A stretch of 64,000 nt of DNA from Myxococcota bacterium (GCA_039028615.1 JBCCHT010000002.1:96001-160000), one strand, 5' to 3'; shown: positions 40,410-49,717, numbered from the stretch's first letter. The notes: generated by a model not told the origin, from the sequence alone. Numbers and translations are program-made.

Positions 40410-41609
40410 TCAAGGAGTCGTCTTGCAATCGGCGTTGTTGACGTTGAACTCCACGCGCCGGTTGTTGGCCCGGCCCGCCGCCGTGCGGTTGGAGTCAATC
40501 GGGCGCTCTTCACCCCAGCCGATGCCTTGGAGTCGCTCTGGAGCCACGCCGCGGCCGATCAGGTATTCCCGCACACTGTTCACGCGTCGGTTGGACAGAC
40601 GCTTGTTGGAGCGGTTGGAGCCCTTCGAGTCGGTATGCCCCTCGATGTTGAAGTGCAGCTCCTCGGGCACGGTCTTCATGACGGTGGCGACGTCGTTGAG
40701 CAGCTCGAAGCTGCGCGGCGCGATGTCCCACTTGCCGAACTTGAAGAAGACCTTGTCGCTGATCTTGACCGAGCAGCCGTCGAACTCGGCCTTGAGGTCG
40801 GGGCAGCCGTCTTCGTCGTCGACCCCGTCGAAGTCCTCGGGCTTGTCCGGGCACTGGTCGGTGCTGGAGCACTGCTCGGCGTACTTGTCCGAGAGCCCGT
40901 CGGCTTGGACCCAGGGATCGCACAGCTTGTCGCCGTCGTTGTCCGGGTCGGGGCAGCCGTTGTCGTCGGTGTTGTTGTCGATGTCCTCGGGCTCGTTCGG
41001 ACATTCGTCCGGCTCGTCGAGGATGCCATCGTTGTCGTTGTCGGGATCGGGACAGCCGTCCTCGTCCTCGAATCCATCGACGTCCTCGGGCTCGTTACGA
41101 CAGTCGAGCTCGCCCTTCTTGTCGTTGTTGACCCACTGACCATCGACCCACTGGGCCGCGTCCAACACTCCGTCGCCGTCATTGTCGGCGTCGGGGCAGC
41201 CGTCATCGTCTTCGAAGCTGTCGAAGTCCTCGGCCTCTTCGGGGCAGGTATCCGCCTCGTCGTCGTAGCCGTCGCCGTCCTTGTCGCCGACCGTGGCCAC
41301 CGCCTTGTCGCGGCAGCGATCGGGGCTCGTCAGCTCGCGCGCCCGCTTCGTGTAGTACGCGGCGGTCTCGGCGTGCTGCTTGCCGCGGTAGTACTCGCCG
41401 ATGCCCAGGGCGTCTTGGGCGAACTTGATGTTCGCCTCCGCGATCGCGGTCTCCTTGGGCGCACAGTTGATCGACTTCGACCCATCGCGAATCGCGCGTT
41501 GGAGCAAGGTCTGCGTGCCTTCCACCTCACCGAGCAGCTTCTGCCCGATGCAGCCCGGAACCAAGGCCACGCCCAGGAGCAACACCACGGGGGAAATCCG
41601 ACGGCTCAC
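40410..41609 (-). CDS. OmpA-family lipoprotein with thrombospondin type-3 (Ca-binding) repeats
   Basis: VPGC lipobox; repeated DxDxDG...CP..PED.D...D.DGCPD; IEGHTDSKG, NKRLS, NRRVEF. Confidence 0.92.
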   Translation of the reverse strand: MSRRISPVVLLLGVALVPGCIGQKLLGEVEGTQTLLQRAIRDGSKSINCAPKETAIAEANIKFAQDALGIGEYYRGKQHAETAAYYTKRARELTSPDRCRDKAVATVGDKDGDGYDDEADTCPEEAEDFDSFEDDDGCPDADNDGDGVLDAAQWVDGQWVNNDKKGELDCRNEPEDVDGFEDEDGCPDPDNDNDGILDEPDECPNEPEDIDNNTDDNGCPDPDNDGDKLCDPWVQADGLSDKYAEQCSSTDQCPDKPEDFDGVDDEDGCPDLKAEFDGCSVKISDKVFFKFGKWDIAPRSFELLNDVATVMKTVPEELHFNIEGHTDSKGSNRSNKRLSNRRVNSVREYLIGRGVAPERLQGIGWGEERPIDSNRTAAGRANNRRVEFNVNNADCKTTP

Positions 41610-42064
41610 CGCCCACCTCCGATGCTGCCGCCCACTTTGACCTCGCCCTTGGCCTCACCGCCACCGGCCGAGCCGCTGGCTTTGGCGTCGCCCGAGGCGT
41701 CGGCAGCCGGGGCCGCGTCACCGCCGTCTTCGCCTTCGCCCATGGTCTCTTTCATCTTGCCCGCCTCGCGGCGCTCGGCCTTGAGCTTGGCCTCTTCGGC
41801 GAGCTGCTTGGCCCGCGTGCCGTAGTCGAACGAGCGCTCGTACTCGCTGTAGGCCATGAGGATCTTGGCCTGCTCGAGGTACGACACCGCGCCCCAGTAC
41901 TCGTAGGGGGCGTAGGTCTCGGCTTCGACCGCTTCGGCGTCGGCGACGGCTCGGCTGGCGTCCTTGGCAACCTTCTTGAGGTATCCAAAGGGGCCGCAAC
42001 CGACCCCTACGGCCAGCGTGGCGACCGACAAGAGCTGGAGGAGTCGACGAGAAGACGTGGGCAC
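41606..42064 (-). CDS. DUF4398-like lipoprotein
   Basis: GVGC lipobox; helical AETYAPYEYWGAVSYLEQAK; 4-nt overlap with the OmpA gene. Confidence 0.8.
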   Translation of the reverse strand: MPTSSRRLLQLLSVATLAVGVGCGPFGYLKKVAKDASRAVADAEAVEAETYAPYEYWGAVSYLEQAKILMAYSEYERSFDYGTRAKQLAEEAKLKAERREAGKMKETMGEGEDGGDAAPAADASGDAKASGSAGGGEAKGEVKVGGSIGGGR

Positions 42065-42120
42065 CGGGAGCTCCGTCGTTGGGTGAGGGGTCGAAATGCC
42101 AAGGTCCGGCTGAAGGGTTT

Positions 42121-42143
42121 CTAGGCGGGGCTTTTCCGCCTAG
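42121..42143. repeat. Inverted repeat in a divergent intergenic region
   Basis: CTAGGCGG-N7-CCGCCTAG. Confidence 0.45.
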
Positions 42144-42353
42144 GAGCCGAGCATCCTTGGTGAATTTCGGCCGGGACGATACCAGGGGCGCGCCTTGCGG
42201 GTCAACAAGTTGGCCGACTCGCGCAAAACCGTCCCACAACCGCCGCTATCCTGCCCTTCAGCCGGCTTCGGCGCCGCTGTAGCCCCTCGTTCGCATGGCG
42301 TAGTCCCCGCACCGTGGAGCCCGAGGGCGAAAGCCAGCTACGCTGCCCCAGAG

Positions 42354-43265
42354 GTGATCCACGGCCGCGCGACCTTGATGCTGCTCCTGGTCTGGGGCGC
42401 GGCCTGTACCCGGGTTTCCGACCGATCTCGTTTCGAGGCCGTCTCCGACGAGCTCGAGATTCTCGCCAGCGCTCCCCGCCCGGGCGCGCTCGGGGTCGAC
42501 CCCGAGGTCCGCGTCGACCTGTGCTTGTCCGGTCGGATCGACCCCCGCTCCGTCACCGAAATCGACGCGACCATTACCTCGGGCAGCTCCGTCACCGACA
42601 CGGAGCTGTCGGTCCAGCTGCTGCCCTGGCTCGAGCCCGGCACCGATCTCCCGCCCGAAGATACCAGCACCCCGTGGTGTAACGGCAGCGTGCTGTCCAT
42701 CGCCCCCAAGATCACCCTGGCCGCGGGTGCGCAGTACCGCTTGCGGCTGCGCCCCAGTCCCGTGGGTTGGGAGGGCGAGACCTTGTCGACCGAAGGTCCC
42801 CTGTGGACCACCGCCGACGACGGCAGCGACCCGCGCTACATCCTCGAGTTCACCATCGACTCCGATCCCTTCACCGAGCCGCCCTTGCCCGGTGAAGAGG
42901 AAGACCCGCCGACCCCGGCCCTCACGCTCACCAACCTGTTCGCGCCCGGAGGCCCCTTCGACCCCGAGCGCGCGCTGTGCAGCTGTCATCTCGATTCCGA
43001 GTCGTTGGCCTTCGAGCGCCTCGACTTGACCGACCCGACCGTCGCCTACGCGGACCTGCTCGGCTCGGCCGAGCTGCGCGATACCGGATTCCCCATGGTC
43101 GCGCCGCGCGATCCTTCGCAGAGTTTTCTGCTGCAGAAGCTGATGCACGAAGATGACGATGCGCTGCTCGGGGTGCTCGGCGACCCGATGCCGCCCGATG
43201 ATCCGCTGGCGTACTTGGACCTGCTGCGCATCGTGCAGTGGATCAGCGACGGCGCCGAACCGTAG
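42354..43265 (+). CDS. Lipoprotein with Ig-like domain and C-terminal cytochrome-c-like domain
   Basis: GAAC lipobox; Big-like PxPGAxGV...LxxGxxYxL; CSCH then VAPRDPSQSFLLQKL...GDPMPP...WISDGA; start uncertain. Confidence 0.7.
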   Translation: MIHGRATLMLLLVWGAACTRVSDRSRFEAVSDELEILASAPRPGALGVDPEVRVDLCLSGRIDPRSVTEIDATITSGSSVTDTELSVQLLPWLEPGTDLPPEDTSTPWCNGSVLSIAPKITLAAGAQYRLRLRPSPVGWEGETLSTEGPLWTTADDGSDPRYILEFTIDSDPFTEPPLPGEEEDPPTPALTLTNLFAPGGPFDPERALCSCHLDSESLAFERLDLTDPTVAYADLLGSAELRDTGFPMVAPRDPSQSFLLQKLMHEDDDALLGVLGDPMPPDDPLAYLDLLRIVQWISDGAEP

Positions 43266-43393
43266 CCACGCCGTCATCCAACTTCCCCTGACGGGTTCGT
43301 CGGGCGACGTCACTACCCCTCGGGACGACATCACCGGAGCGCGAGCACGGTGCTCGTGGTTCGCCGACGTCGTTGTCTCGCCGAGGACTCACG

Positions 43394-44491
43394 ATGGCAG
43401 AGCAGGAAAACACGACCGACGACTCAACCGGAGGCGAAGGCCTTCCCGCTGGCGATGGCTCAGGCACGAACACCGGATCCGGGTCGGACGACGGCCCGAC
43501 CGAGGGTAATGGCCCAGTTGCGGACGACGGCTCGACACGGAGCAACGGCCCAGCTACGGGCGACGACTCGGCAACAGACAGAGGCTCTGCTTCTGGCAAT
43601 GGCTGGGCCGCAGGTAGCCCCCCTCCATTGCCCGGAACACCGCCCCCGCTCCCGAACATCGAGCCACCCCCAAAGCCGCCGCGTTGGGGGCACTTTCACA
43701 ACTTCACATCGCTGATGCTCATCGCGGCGCTCGTCGTGGCGGGTCTACGTGCTCCCGTGGCCCAAGCCTGGATTCTGGGGATGGTGTTCCTGCTTGCTTT
43801 CTGCGCGATTGCAGGGCACGGGGTGACCAACAACGTGTTCGGCGTTCTGATCGATCGCCGCAACAAGATGACTCTATCCCGACTGCAGATGCTGCTTTGG
43901 ACGGTGGTCGTCCTTTCCGCGTACGTCATGCTGGTCATCGCTAGAATCCTCTACGCCCCCGAAGGCGCCGCTCCGATCGCAGACCCGTTGGCGATCGAGG
44001 TTCCAGCGGAGCTTTGGGAACTCATGGGAATCGGAGTGGCATCTCTGGTCGGATCTCCGCTCATTCTCGGTTCCAAGGCCAACAAGGAGCCGAAGAACGG
44101 CACTCTGGAGAAGAACCTCAGCGCCTATGCGGCGCAGCTGGGCATGAAACGGTCCGATGCCGAGAGCCAAAAACACACCCACGATGGGCTCATCGACACG
44201 AACGAGAACCCCTCCGAGGCACGCTTCGCCGATATGTTCAGGGGAGACGAGGTCGGCAACTTCGCCTACTTGGACCTCGGCAAGGTCCAGATGCTCTTTT
44301 TCACCTTGATCCTACTCATCGCGTACTGCGCTCAGCTCTGGGTCTACTTCGCCAATCCCGACACCAGCGAGCTCATGAAACCCGAGGCTCGGTTGCCAGT
44401 GCTCTCGGAGAGCATGCTCGCTCTGCTCGCCATCAGCCACGCCGGGTACCTCGGGGCCAAGGCCACCACTCACACCCCGGTCAAGACCTAG
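43394..44491 (+). CDS. Multi-pass membrane protein of unknown function
   Basis: GAGGA RBS; disordered G/D/S/T N-terminus; about 6 hydrophobic helices; LSRLQMLLWT and DLGKVQMLFFT. Confidence 0.8.
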   Translation: MAEQENTTDDSTGGEGLPAGDGSGTNTGSGSDDGPTEGNGPVADDGSTRSNGPATGDDSATDRGSASGNGWAAGSPPPLPGTPPPLPNIEPPPKPPRWGHFHNFTSLMLIAALVVAGLRAPVAQAWILGMVFLLAFCAIAGHGVTNNVFGVLIDRRNKMTLSRLQMLLWTVVVLSAYVMLVIARILYAPEGAAPIADPLAIEVPAELWELMGIGVASLVGSPLILGSKANKEPKNGTLEKNLSAYAAQLGMKRSDAESQKHTHDGLIDTNENPSEARFADMFRGDEVGNFAYLDLGKVQMLFFTLILLIAYCAQLWVYFANPDTSELMKPEARLPVLSESMLALLAISHAGYLGAKATTHTPVKT

Positions 44492-45436
44492 CCTGCCCGT
44501 ATCCGCCGCGGTCGCGCGCCCTCTGGGCCGCGCGACCGTGGCCAGCAACGACCGCGCTGGACCTTCGTCGATCCCCATCTCGTCCGGCCCCTGCCGATCG
44601 TTCGGATGATGGAACGTCCCGAACAAGCGGTCCCAGATCACCAGCCCGTTCGAGAAGTTCGCGTCGCCCCCGTCCTTCAGATCCAGCGCATGGTGCCAGC
44701 GATGAATCCGGCACGTGGCGAAGATCGTATTCAGCACGCCGAAGCGCAGCCGGACGTTGTAGTGCGAGGGGATCCCGATCGCATGCTGCATCACGTGCGA
44801 CAGCACGATGGCCTCCTCCGACAAGCCGAGCAGCACGGGAAGCCCGAAGGTCAGGACGTTGCGCAGCGCGTAGTCCAGAGGGTGCGAAAACTGGATGTTG
44901 AAGGTCCGCATCTTCTGCACGCCGTGGTGAACCTTGTGAAAGGCCCACAGCGCGGGGATGCGGTGCTGCGCGCGATGAATGAAGTACCGGCTCAGGTCCA
45001 TGAGCAGATAGGCCACGATCGCCTGCATCCACCACGGCCCGAACCACTCCGCGGGCATGAGGCCTGACTGCCCGGTGAGGGCGACGGCGAGCCGCATCGC
45101 ACCGAGCGTGACCAGCGGACCGAACAGCCGCGAGTTCGCGACCACGTTGATCACCGAGTTGACGACCTCGATCGCACTGCTGGGCTTGGTGTCCCGCTCG
45201 CGGCTGTAGGGCAGCACCCACTCCAGCAGCAAGCCGGAGACGATCATGAACGAGAACGACGCCAGCAGCACGCGCGCCTTGGGTACCTCGGCGTGCACCA
45301 GCAACGCACCACCACCGATCGCGACGGTGAGCAGCACGGGATAGGCCGCGACGGCGAAGGCACGAGTCAGCGGCCCGTCGCCGCTCCCGACGGGCTGCGC
45401 TTCTTTCGTCGACGCCGGAGATCGTTCGCTGGACAT
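44312..45436 (-). CDS. Sterol desaturase / fatty-acid hydroxylase family protein (copy 2)
   Basis: YFIHRAQH, FHKVHH, FSHPLD, SHYN, HRWHH, NF...IWDRLFGT. Confidence 0.88.
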   Translation of the reverse strand: MSSERSPASTKEAQPVGSGDGPLTRAFAVAAYPVLLTVAIGGGALLVHAEVPKARVLLASFSFMIVSGLLLEWVLPYSRERDTKPSSAIEVVNSVINVVANSRLFGPLVTLGAMRLAVALTGQSGLMPAEWFGPWWMQAIVAYLLMDLSRYFIHRAQHRIPALWAFHKVHHGVQKMRTFNIQFSHPLDYALRNVLTFGLPVLLGLSEEAIVLSHVMQHAIGIPSHYNVRLRFGVLNTIFATCRIHRWHHALDLKDGGDANFSNGLVIWDRLFGTFHHPNDRQGPDEMGIDEGPARSLLATVARPRGRATAADTGRLGLDRGVSGGLGPEVPGVADGEQSEHALREHWQPSLGFHELAGVGIGEVDPELSAVRDE

Positions 45437-45546
45437 CGTGCTCGGTCAGAGACGAGCCGGGCGCCTCCAAAACGAGGAGTACCCCAAGATGCCCAGCCCA
45501 TTCAGCTCTCGAGCGAATGCGGGCGTGGGCGGGGCCCTAACGCCGC

Positions 45547-46623
45547 TCACGGCCGAAGCAGCGTCGACATCAGCGAGCGGGGCGGCCCCTCTTCGATCCC
45601 CTGGGCGGGCGGACCCTCACGGTCGACGGGATGATGGAAGGAACCGAAGAGTCGGTCCCAGATGACCAGCCCCGCCCCGAAGTTGGAGTCACCGCCGTCC
45701 TCGAGGTCGACCGCGTGGTGCCAGCGATGGATGCGAGCGGTCACGAAGATGGAGTTCAACAGGCCGAAGCGCAGCCTCGCGTTGTAGTGCGAGGGCACCC
45801 CGGTCGCGTGCTGCAGCACGACGGCGAGCACGATCCCTTCCTCCGAGAACCCGAGCAACACGGGGATGTAGAAGGTCACGACGTTGCGGACCAGGTAGTC
45901 GAGGGGATGCGAAAACTGGAGGTTGAAGGTCCGCACCTTCTCCACGCTGTGGTGAACCTTGTGAAACTTCCATAGTGCGGGAATGCGGTGCTGCGCACGA
46001 TGGATGAAGTAGCGGCACGAGTCGGTGACGAGGAAGGCCAGGATCGCCTGCATCCACAGCGGCCCGAACCACTCGGAAGGCATCAGGCCGGACCGACCGG
46101 TCAACGCGACGGAGAGCTTCAACGCACCGAGTGCCATCAGCGGACCGAAGAGACGCGAGTTGGCGATGACGTTCGCCAGCGAGTTGATGATCTCGATCGC
46201 ACCGGTCGGCTTCGTGCCTCTGCGTTGGTTGTAGGGGAGCAGCCACTCCAGCAACAACCCTGAGCCAACGGTGAACGCGAAGGAAAAGAGCGTGATGAGC
46301 GGGCTCGCCACATCGGCCAGCACGAACATCACGCCGCCGAGGACCGCCCCCACGAGGACCACGGGATAGGCGACGACGGAGAGAAGCTTCGCCGCGCGCC
46401 CGTCCCCCCATGGGGCGCGATCGCTCGCAGCGGCAGGAATTACAGCAGTACTCGCAGGACCAGGGCCAACGACTCGTTCCAAACTCGACCTCCCAGCAAG
46501 GGGTAATGACCGAGCCCGGTTTTGTTCACCACGCATGAAAAAAGTTCGGCGGTCCCTGCGGGGCGGTCGGGCGCGAGGAGCATCCCTTCGCTCCGTACGG
46601 TCGCGCCCATGTGATCGCGTCAT
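45547..46623 (-). CDS. Sterol desaturase / fatty-acid hydroxylase family protein (copy 1)
   Basis: Same His boxes as its neighbour; start uncertain and may lie downstream of 46623. Confidence 0.88.
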   Translation of the reverse strand: MTRSHGRDRTERRDAPRARPPRRDRRTFFMRGEQNRARSLPLAGRSSLERVVGPGPASTAVIPAAASDRAPWGDGRAAKLLSVVAYPVVLVGAVLGGVMFVLADVASPLITLFSFAFTVGSGLLLEWLLPYNQRRGTKPTGAIEIINSLANVIANSRLFGPLMALGALKLSVALTGRSGLMPSEWFGPLWMQAILAFLVTDSCRYFIHRAQHRIPALWKFHKVHHSVEKVRTFNLQFSHPLDYLVRNVVTFYIPVLLGFSEEGIVLAVVLQHATGVPSHYNARLRFGLLNSIFVTARIHRWHHAVDLEDGGDSNFGAGLVIWDRLFGSFHHPVDREGPPAQGIEEGPPRSLMSTLLRP

Positions 46624-47414
46624 GACTTCGAGTCCGCGAACCCACCGTGCGGCCGAAACGCACTCCAGCTCGCGATAGGCCTGTCATTCCCGTCATTCGA
46701 CGAACGCTCCCAGAGCCAATCCGGCGGTCGACCTTCGCGACGCCAACCGCCGCAACCCGAGCAACACACCGCGCGACCGCTCGGCAGAAATTGCGGGATG
46801 CGGAAGATCCTGCATCGCCGTGATCATGGATCGAGAAGATATTGCCGAATCAGACACTGGCACTTGTACACATTCTGCGAATCGTGCAGTGAATCGCCAG
46901 CGGCGCACGGTGGCAACAACACTTGTCGGGACTCGATCCACCCACATCCATACGCACGCGTCCACCGGGATCGAACCGCAGCAAAACACTCAGTTTCAGC
47001 CACCAAAAGGCACGTGACACACGTTTCTCTTCGACCCCCGGCCCGAGCGTTCGCATTGAGACTCTCACGGTAGTGGCAATCCCAACGACAGAAGTCATGG
47101 TCGGACTGTCCCGATTGTAGCGACATGAACAGAACTGGCGCGACGAGGCAGGCGGTCACCCACTTACCGCGAGAGGTTCTTTGATTACACACCTGCGACG
47201 CGCCGTCGCGTCTCGCAAACTCTCGACACGGCTCGGTTGGACGGGCTCGACGCCATCGGACAGCTTTGGGATCGGGCCGCGCTCGTTGGGACCGAGCGAG
47301 CGCGCCTTCGTTCGTCAGCTCGATGCGCGCCCGGTTTGAGGAAGGACCGAGCCGCATCGAACCGACATGCGAGGGCTCGTGCACCCGCCACGAGCCCACC
47401 CCAGGAGGAATGCC

Positions 47415-48830
47415 ATGAAGACCGACCGTTTGTACGCACTCGCGACTTTGATAGCCCCCCTAGCCCTGTTCACGCTGGCCTGCGACGGGCCAGGAGATGC
47501 CGATGGCGACCGCCGAGGCCCTCCGGGGGGAGGACCCGGCGGAGGCCCTGGTGGTGGACCAGGTGGTGGTGGCCGAGGCGTCGCCGAGGTTCGCGACCAC
47601 ATCGACAACCACGACGTCGATCCCATCCCCCCTGCCCCCGCGGTGAGCGACGAGATGTTCGCCTTGGGTCAGGCGCTGGCCTTCGACAAGGAGCTCAGCG
47701 GCAACCGAGACATCTCGTGCCTCACTTGCCATCACCCGAGCCTGGGCAGCGACGACGACCGAGCGCTGCCCAACGGCGTGGGTGGCACGGGGCTCGGGGC
47801 CGAGCGCAGCGGCGGCGACGTGATCCCGCGCAACGCTCCGGCCCTGTTCAACCTGCACGCGTTCGACACCATGTTCTGGGACAGCCGGGTCGAGCGACTG
47901 CCCGACGGCACGCTCCGGAGCCCGGCGGGCGATCAGCTCACGCCGGAGATGCTCGCCGTGTTCGACCACGGCCTGGTCTCCGCGCAGGCCATGTTCCCCG
48001 TGACCTCGCGCGAGGAGATGCGAGGCCACTCCGGCGACAACGAGCTCGCCGACATCCCCGACGGTGACTTCACTGCGATCTGGGCCGCGCTGATGAGCCG
48101 GCTGGGTGCGATCCCGACCTACGTCGACATGTTCGAGGCCGCCTACCCCGGCACCGACTTCGGCGACATGACCTTCGCCCATGCGGCCAACGCCATCGCG
48201 GCGTTCGAGGTGTCGGGCTTCGAGAGCCGGGACAGCGACTGGGAGCGCTTCATCGCGGGCGACGACGATGCCTTGAACCGCGAGGAGATCGATGGTGCAC
48301 GCTGGTTTTTCGATGGCGGCTGCGCCGAGTGCCACAACGGCCCCGGCCTGTCCGACTATCGGCACCACAACACCGGTCTGGCGCAGTTCGGCCCCGGCAA
48401 GGGCGATGGCCCCGGGGGCAACGACGACTTCGGCCGCGAGCAGGTCACGGGTGATCCGGACGACCGCTATGCGTTTCGGACCTCGCCGCTGTTCAACATC
48501 GAGCTGACCGGGCCCTACGGGCACGCGGGGCAGTTCGCCGACCTGCGCGACCACATCGTTCACTACCTCGATCCCCGAGACAACCTGCGGGACTACGAGA
48601 TCGAGGAGCACGTGGACGACGAGTCGCTGTGGCCCACGATCCTCGACAACGTCGAGCAGATCCTCGACACCCTCAGCCCGCGCACTCGATCGAACCTGGG
48701 CGGCGGCAACACGCCGCGCCGCGTCGCCGAGACCGAGGCGTTCTTGCGGGCGATGACCGGAGACGACGCGCGGGACCTCGACCACCTCGTCCCGGATAAC
48801 GTGCCCAGCGGGCTCCCCGTCGCCGACTGA
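47415..48830 (+). CDS. Di-heme cytochrome c peroxidase family lipoprotein (MauG/BthA-like)
   Basis: AGGAGG RBS; TLAC lipobox; GPGG repeats; LSGNRDISCLTCH, RNAP, MFWDSR, CAECH, FRTSPL, GPYGHAG, HIVHY. Confidence 0.9.
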   Translation: MKTDRLYALATLIAPLALFTLACDGPGDADGDRRGPPGGGPGGGPGGGPGGGGRGVAEVRDHIDNHDVDPIPPAPAVSDEMFALGQALAFDKELSGNRDISCLTCHHPSLGSDDDRALPNGVGGTGLGAERSGGDVIPRNAPALFNLHAFDTMFWDSRVERLPDGTLRSPAGDQLTPEMLAVFDHGLVSAQAMFPVTSREEMRGHSGDNELADIPDGDFTAIWAALMSRLGAIPTYVDMFEAAYPGTDFGDMTFAHAANAIAAFEVSGFESRDSDWERFIAGDDDALNREEIDGARWFFDGGCAECHNGPGLSDYRHHNTGLAQFGPGKGDGPGGNDDFGREQVTGDPDDRYAFRTSPLFNIELTGPYGHAGQFADLRDHIVHYLDPRDNLRDYEIEEHVDDESLWPTILDNVEQILDTLSPRTRSNLGGGNTPRRVAETEAFLRAMTGDDARDLDHLVPDNVPSGLPVAD

Positions 48831-48837
48831 GGGGTCA

Positions 48838-48875
48838 CAGGTGGGTGCGACCCCGACAAAGGGCGTGCCCACCTG
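48838..48875 (+). terminator. Stem-loop after the peroxidase gene
   Basis: CAGGTGGGTGCG...CGTGCCCACCTG, 12-bp stem with 2 G-U pairs, no U-tract. Confidence 0.4.
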
Positions 48876-49024
48876 CAAATGTGGCATGCGATTTCGGCGG
48901 ACTCCGATTCCTTTCGGCATGGAGCGTCGTCGGTCGTCAGTGAAGTCACGGGATTTTGTCTCAACGCAGACCAACTTTTCCTCATCGAAAAATCCGCGAA
49001 GCGCCACTTGTCTGGGTGAACCCC

Positions 49025-49717
49025 ATGGCAGTGATGGACACCCGACTCTGCGACACCGCGTCGCTCGCCCACACGATGGCCGCCGCGCTGTTGGGGCTGA
49101 GCATCGTGTTGCTGCTGGGCTCGGGATGCCGCACCACCCAGGGGGATTGCTCCGGCGGTACATGCGTGTGCGAGCCGGGGGCGAGCTGCGATCTCGAGTG
49201 CGAAGCGCCTCCCTGCACCGTCGAGTGCGCGGGCGACAACCCCGAGTGCGTAGCCGCCTGCGGCAACGGCGAGTGCCACTGCGGCCAGGGCAGCAACTGC
49301 GACTTCGAATGCCAGTCGCCGCCCTGCCACGTGGACTGCCAAGCCGAGACCGAGTGTCGAGGCGCATGTGCGAATGGGGAATGCACGTGCACTCGAGGAT
49401 CGCAGTGCGATTTTTCGTGCGATGCCGGGCCTTGTCATGTGACCTGCGAGGGGGAACACGCCGGTTGCAATGGAGTGTGTGCCAACGGCACCTGCTCTTG
49501 TGGGCCCAACAGTCGCTGCGACTTCGAATGCCTCGATGCCAACTGCTCGGTCCTTTGCGAAGAGGGGTCGGTCTGCACCTTGCGCTGTCCGGGAGGGGAG
49601 CCCGGCGAGCAAGGTTGCAGGTTCGACGTCTGTCACGGAGCAGAACCAGTCTCGTGCGGAGAAGAGGACGCACGAGTCCTGGTGTGCGGCTCGACCTGCG
49701 AAGAGGTCGCCGCCTAG
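49025..49717 (+). CDS. Cys-rich tandem-repeat lipoprotein
   Basis: GSGC lipobox; four ~36-aa repeats with 8 Cys each; start uncertain. Confidence 0.82.
   Translation: MAVMDTRLCDTASLAHTMAAALLGLSIVLLLGSGCRTTQGDCSGGTCVCEPGASCDLECEAPPCTVECAGDNPECVAACGNGECHCGQGSNCDFECQSPPCHVDCQAETECRGACANGECTCTRGSQCDFSCDAGPCHVTCEGEHAGCNGVCANGTCSCGPNSRCDFECLDANCSVLCEEGSVCTLRCPGGEPGEQGCRFDVCHGAEPVSCGEEDARVLVCGSTCEEVAA

Noticed and set aside
40790..41290. Repeated GGGCAGCCGTC-type motifs
   Set aside because: Coding TSP3 repeats (DGCPD)
46858..46930. Possible sigma54 promoters (TGGCAC..., TGGCAA...)
   Set aside because: No TTGC at the required -12 spacing
47518..47575. Short GG-rich tandem repeat
   Set aside because: Encodes a GPGG linker with varied codons; not a slippage tract
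47460..49673. 737-aa minus-strand ORF
   Set aside because: Shadow of the peroxidase and Cys-rich genes; Arg/Pro-rich with no motifs
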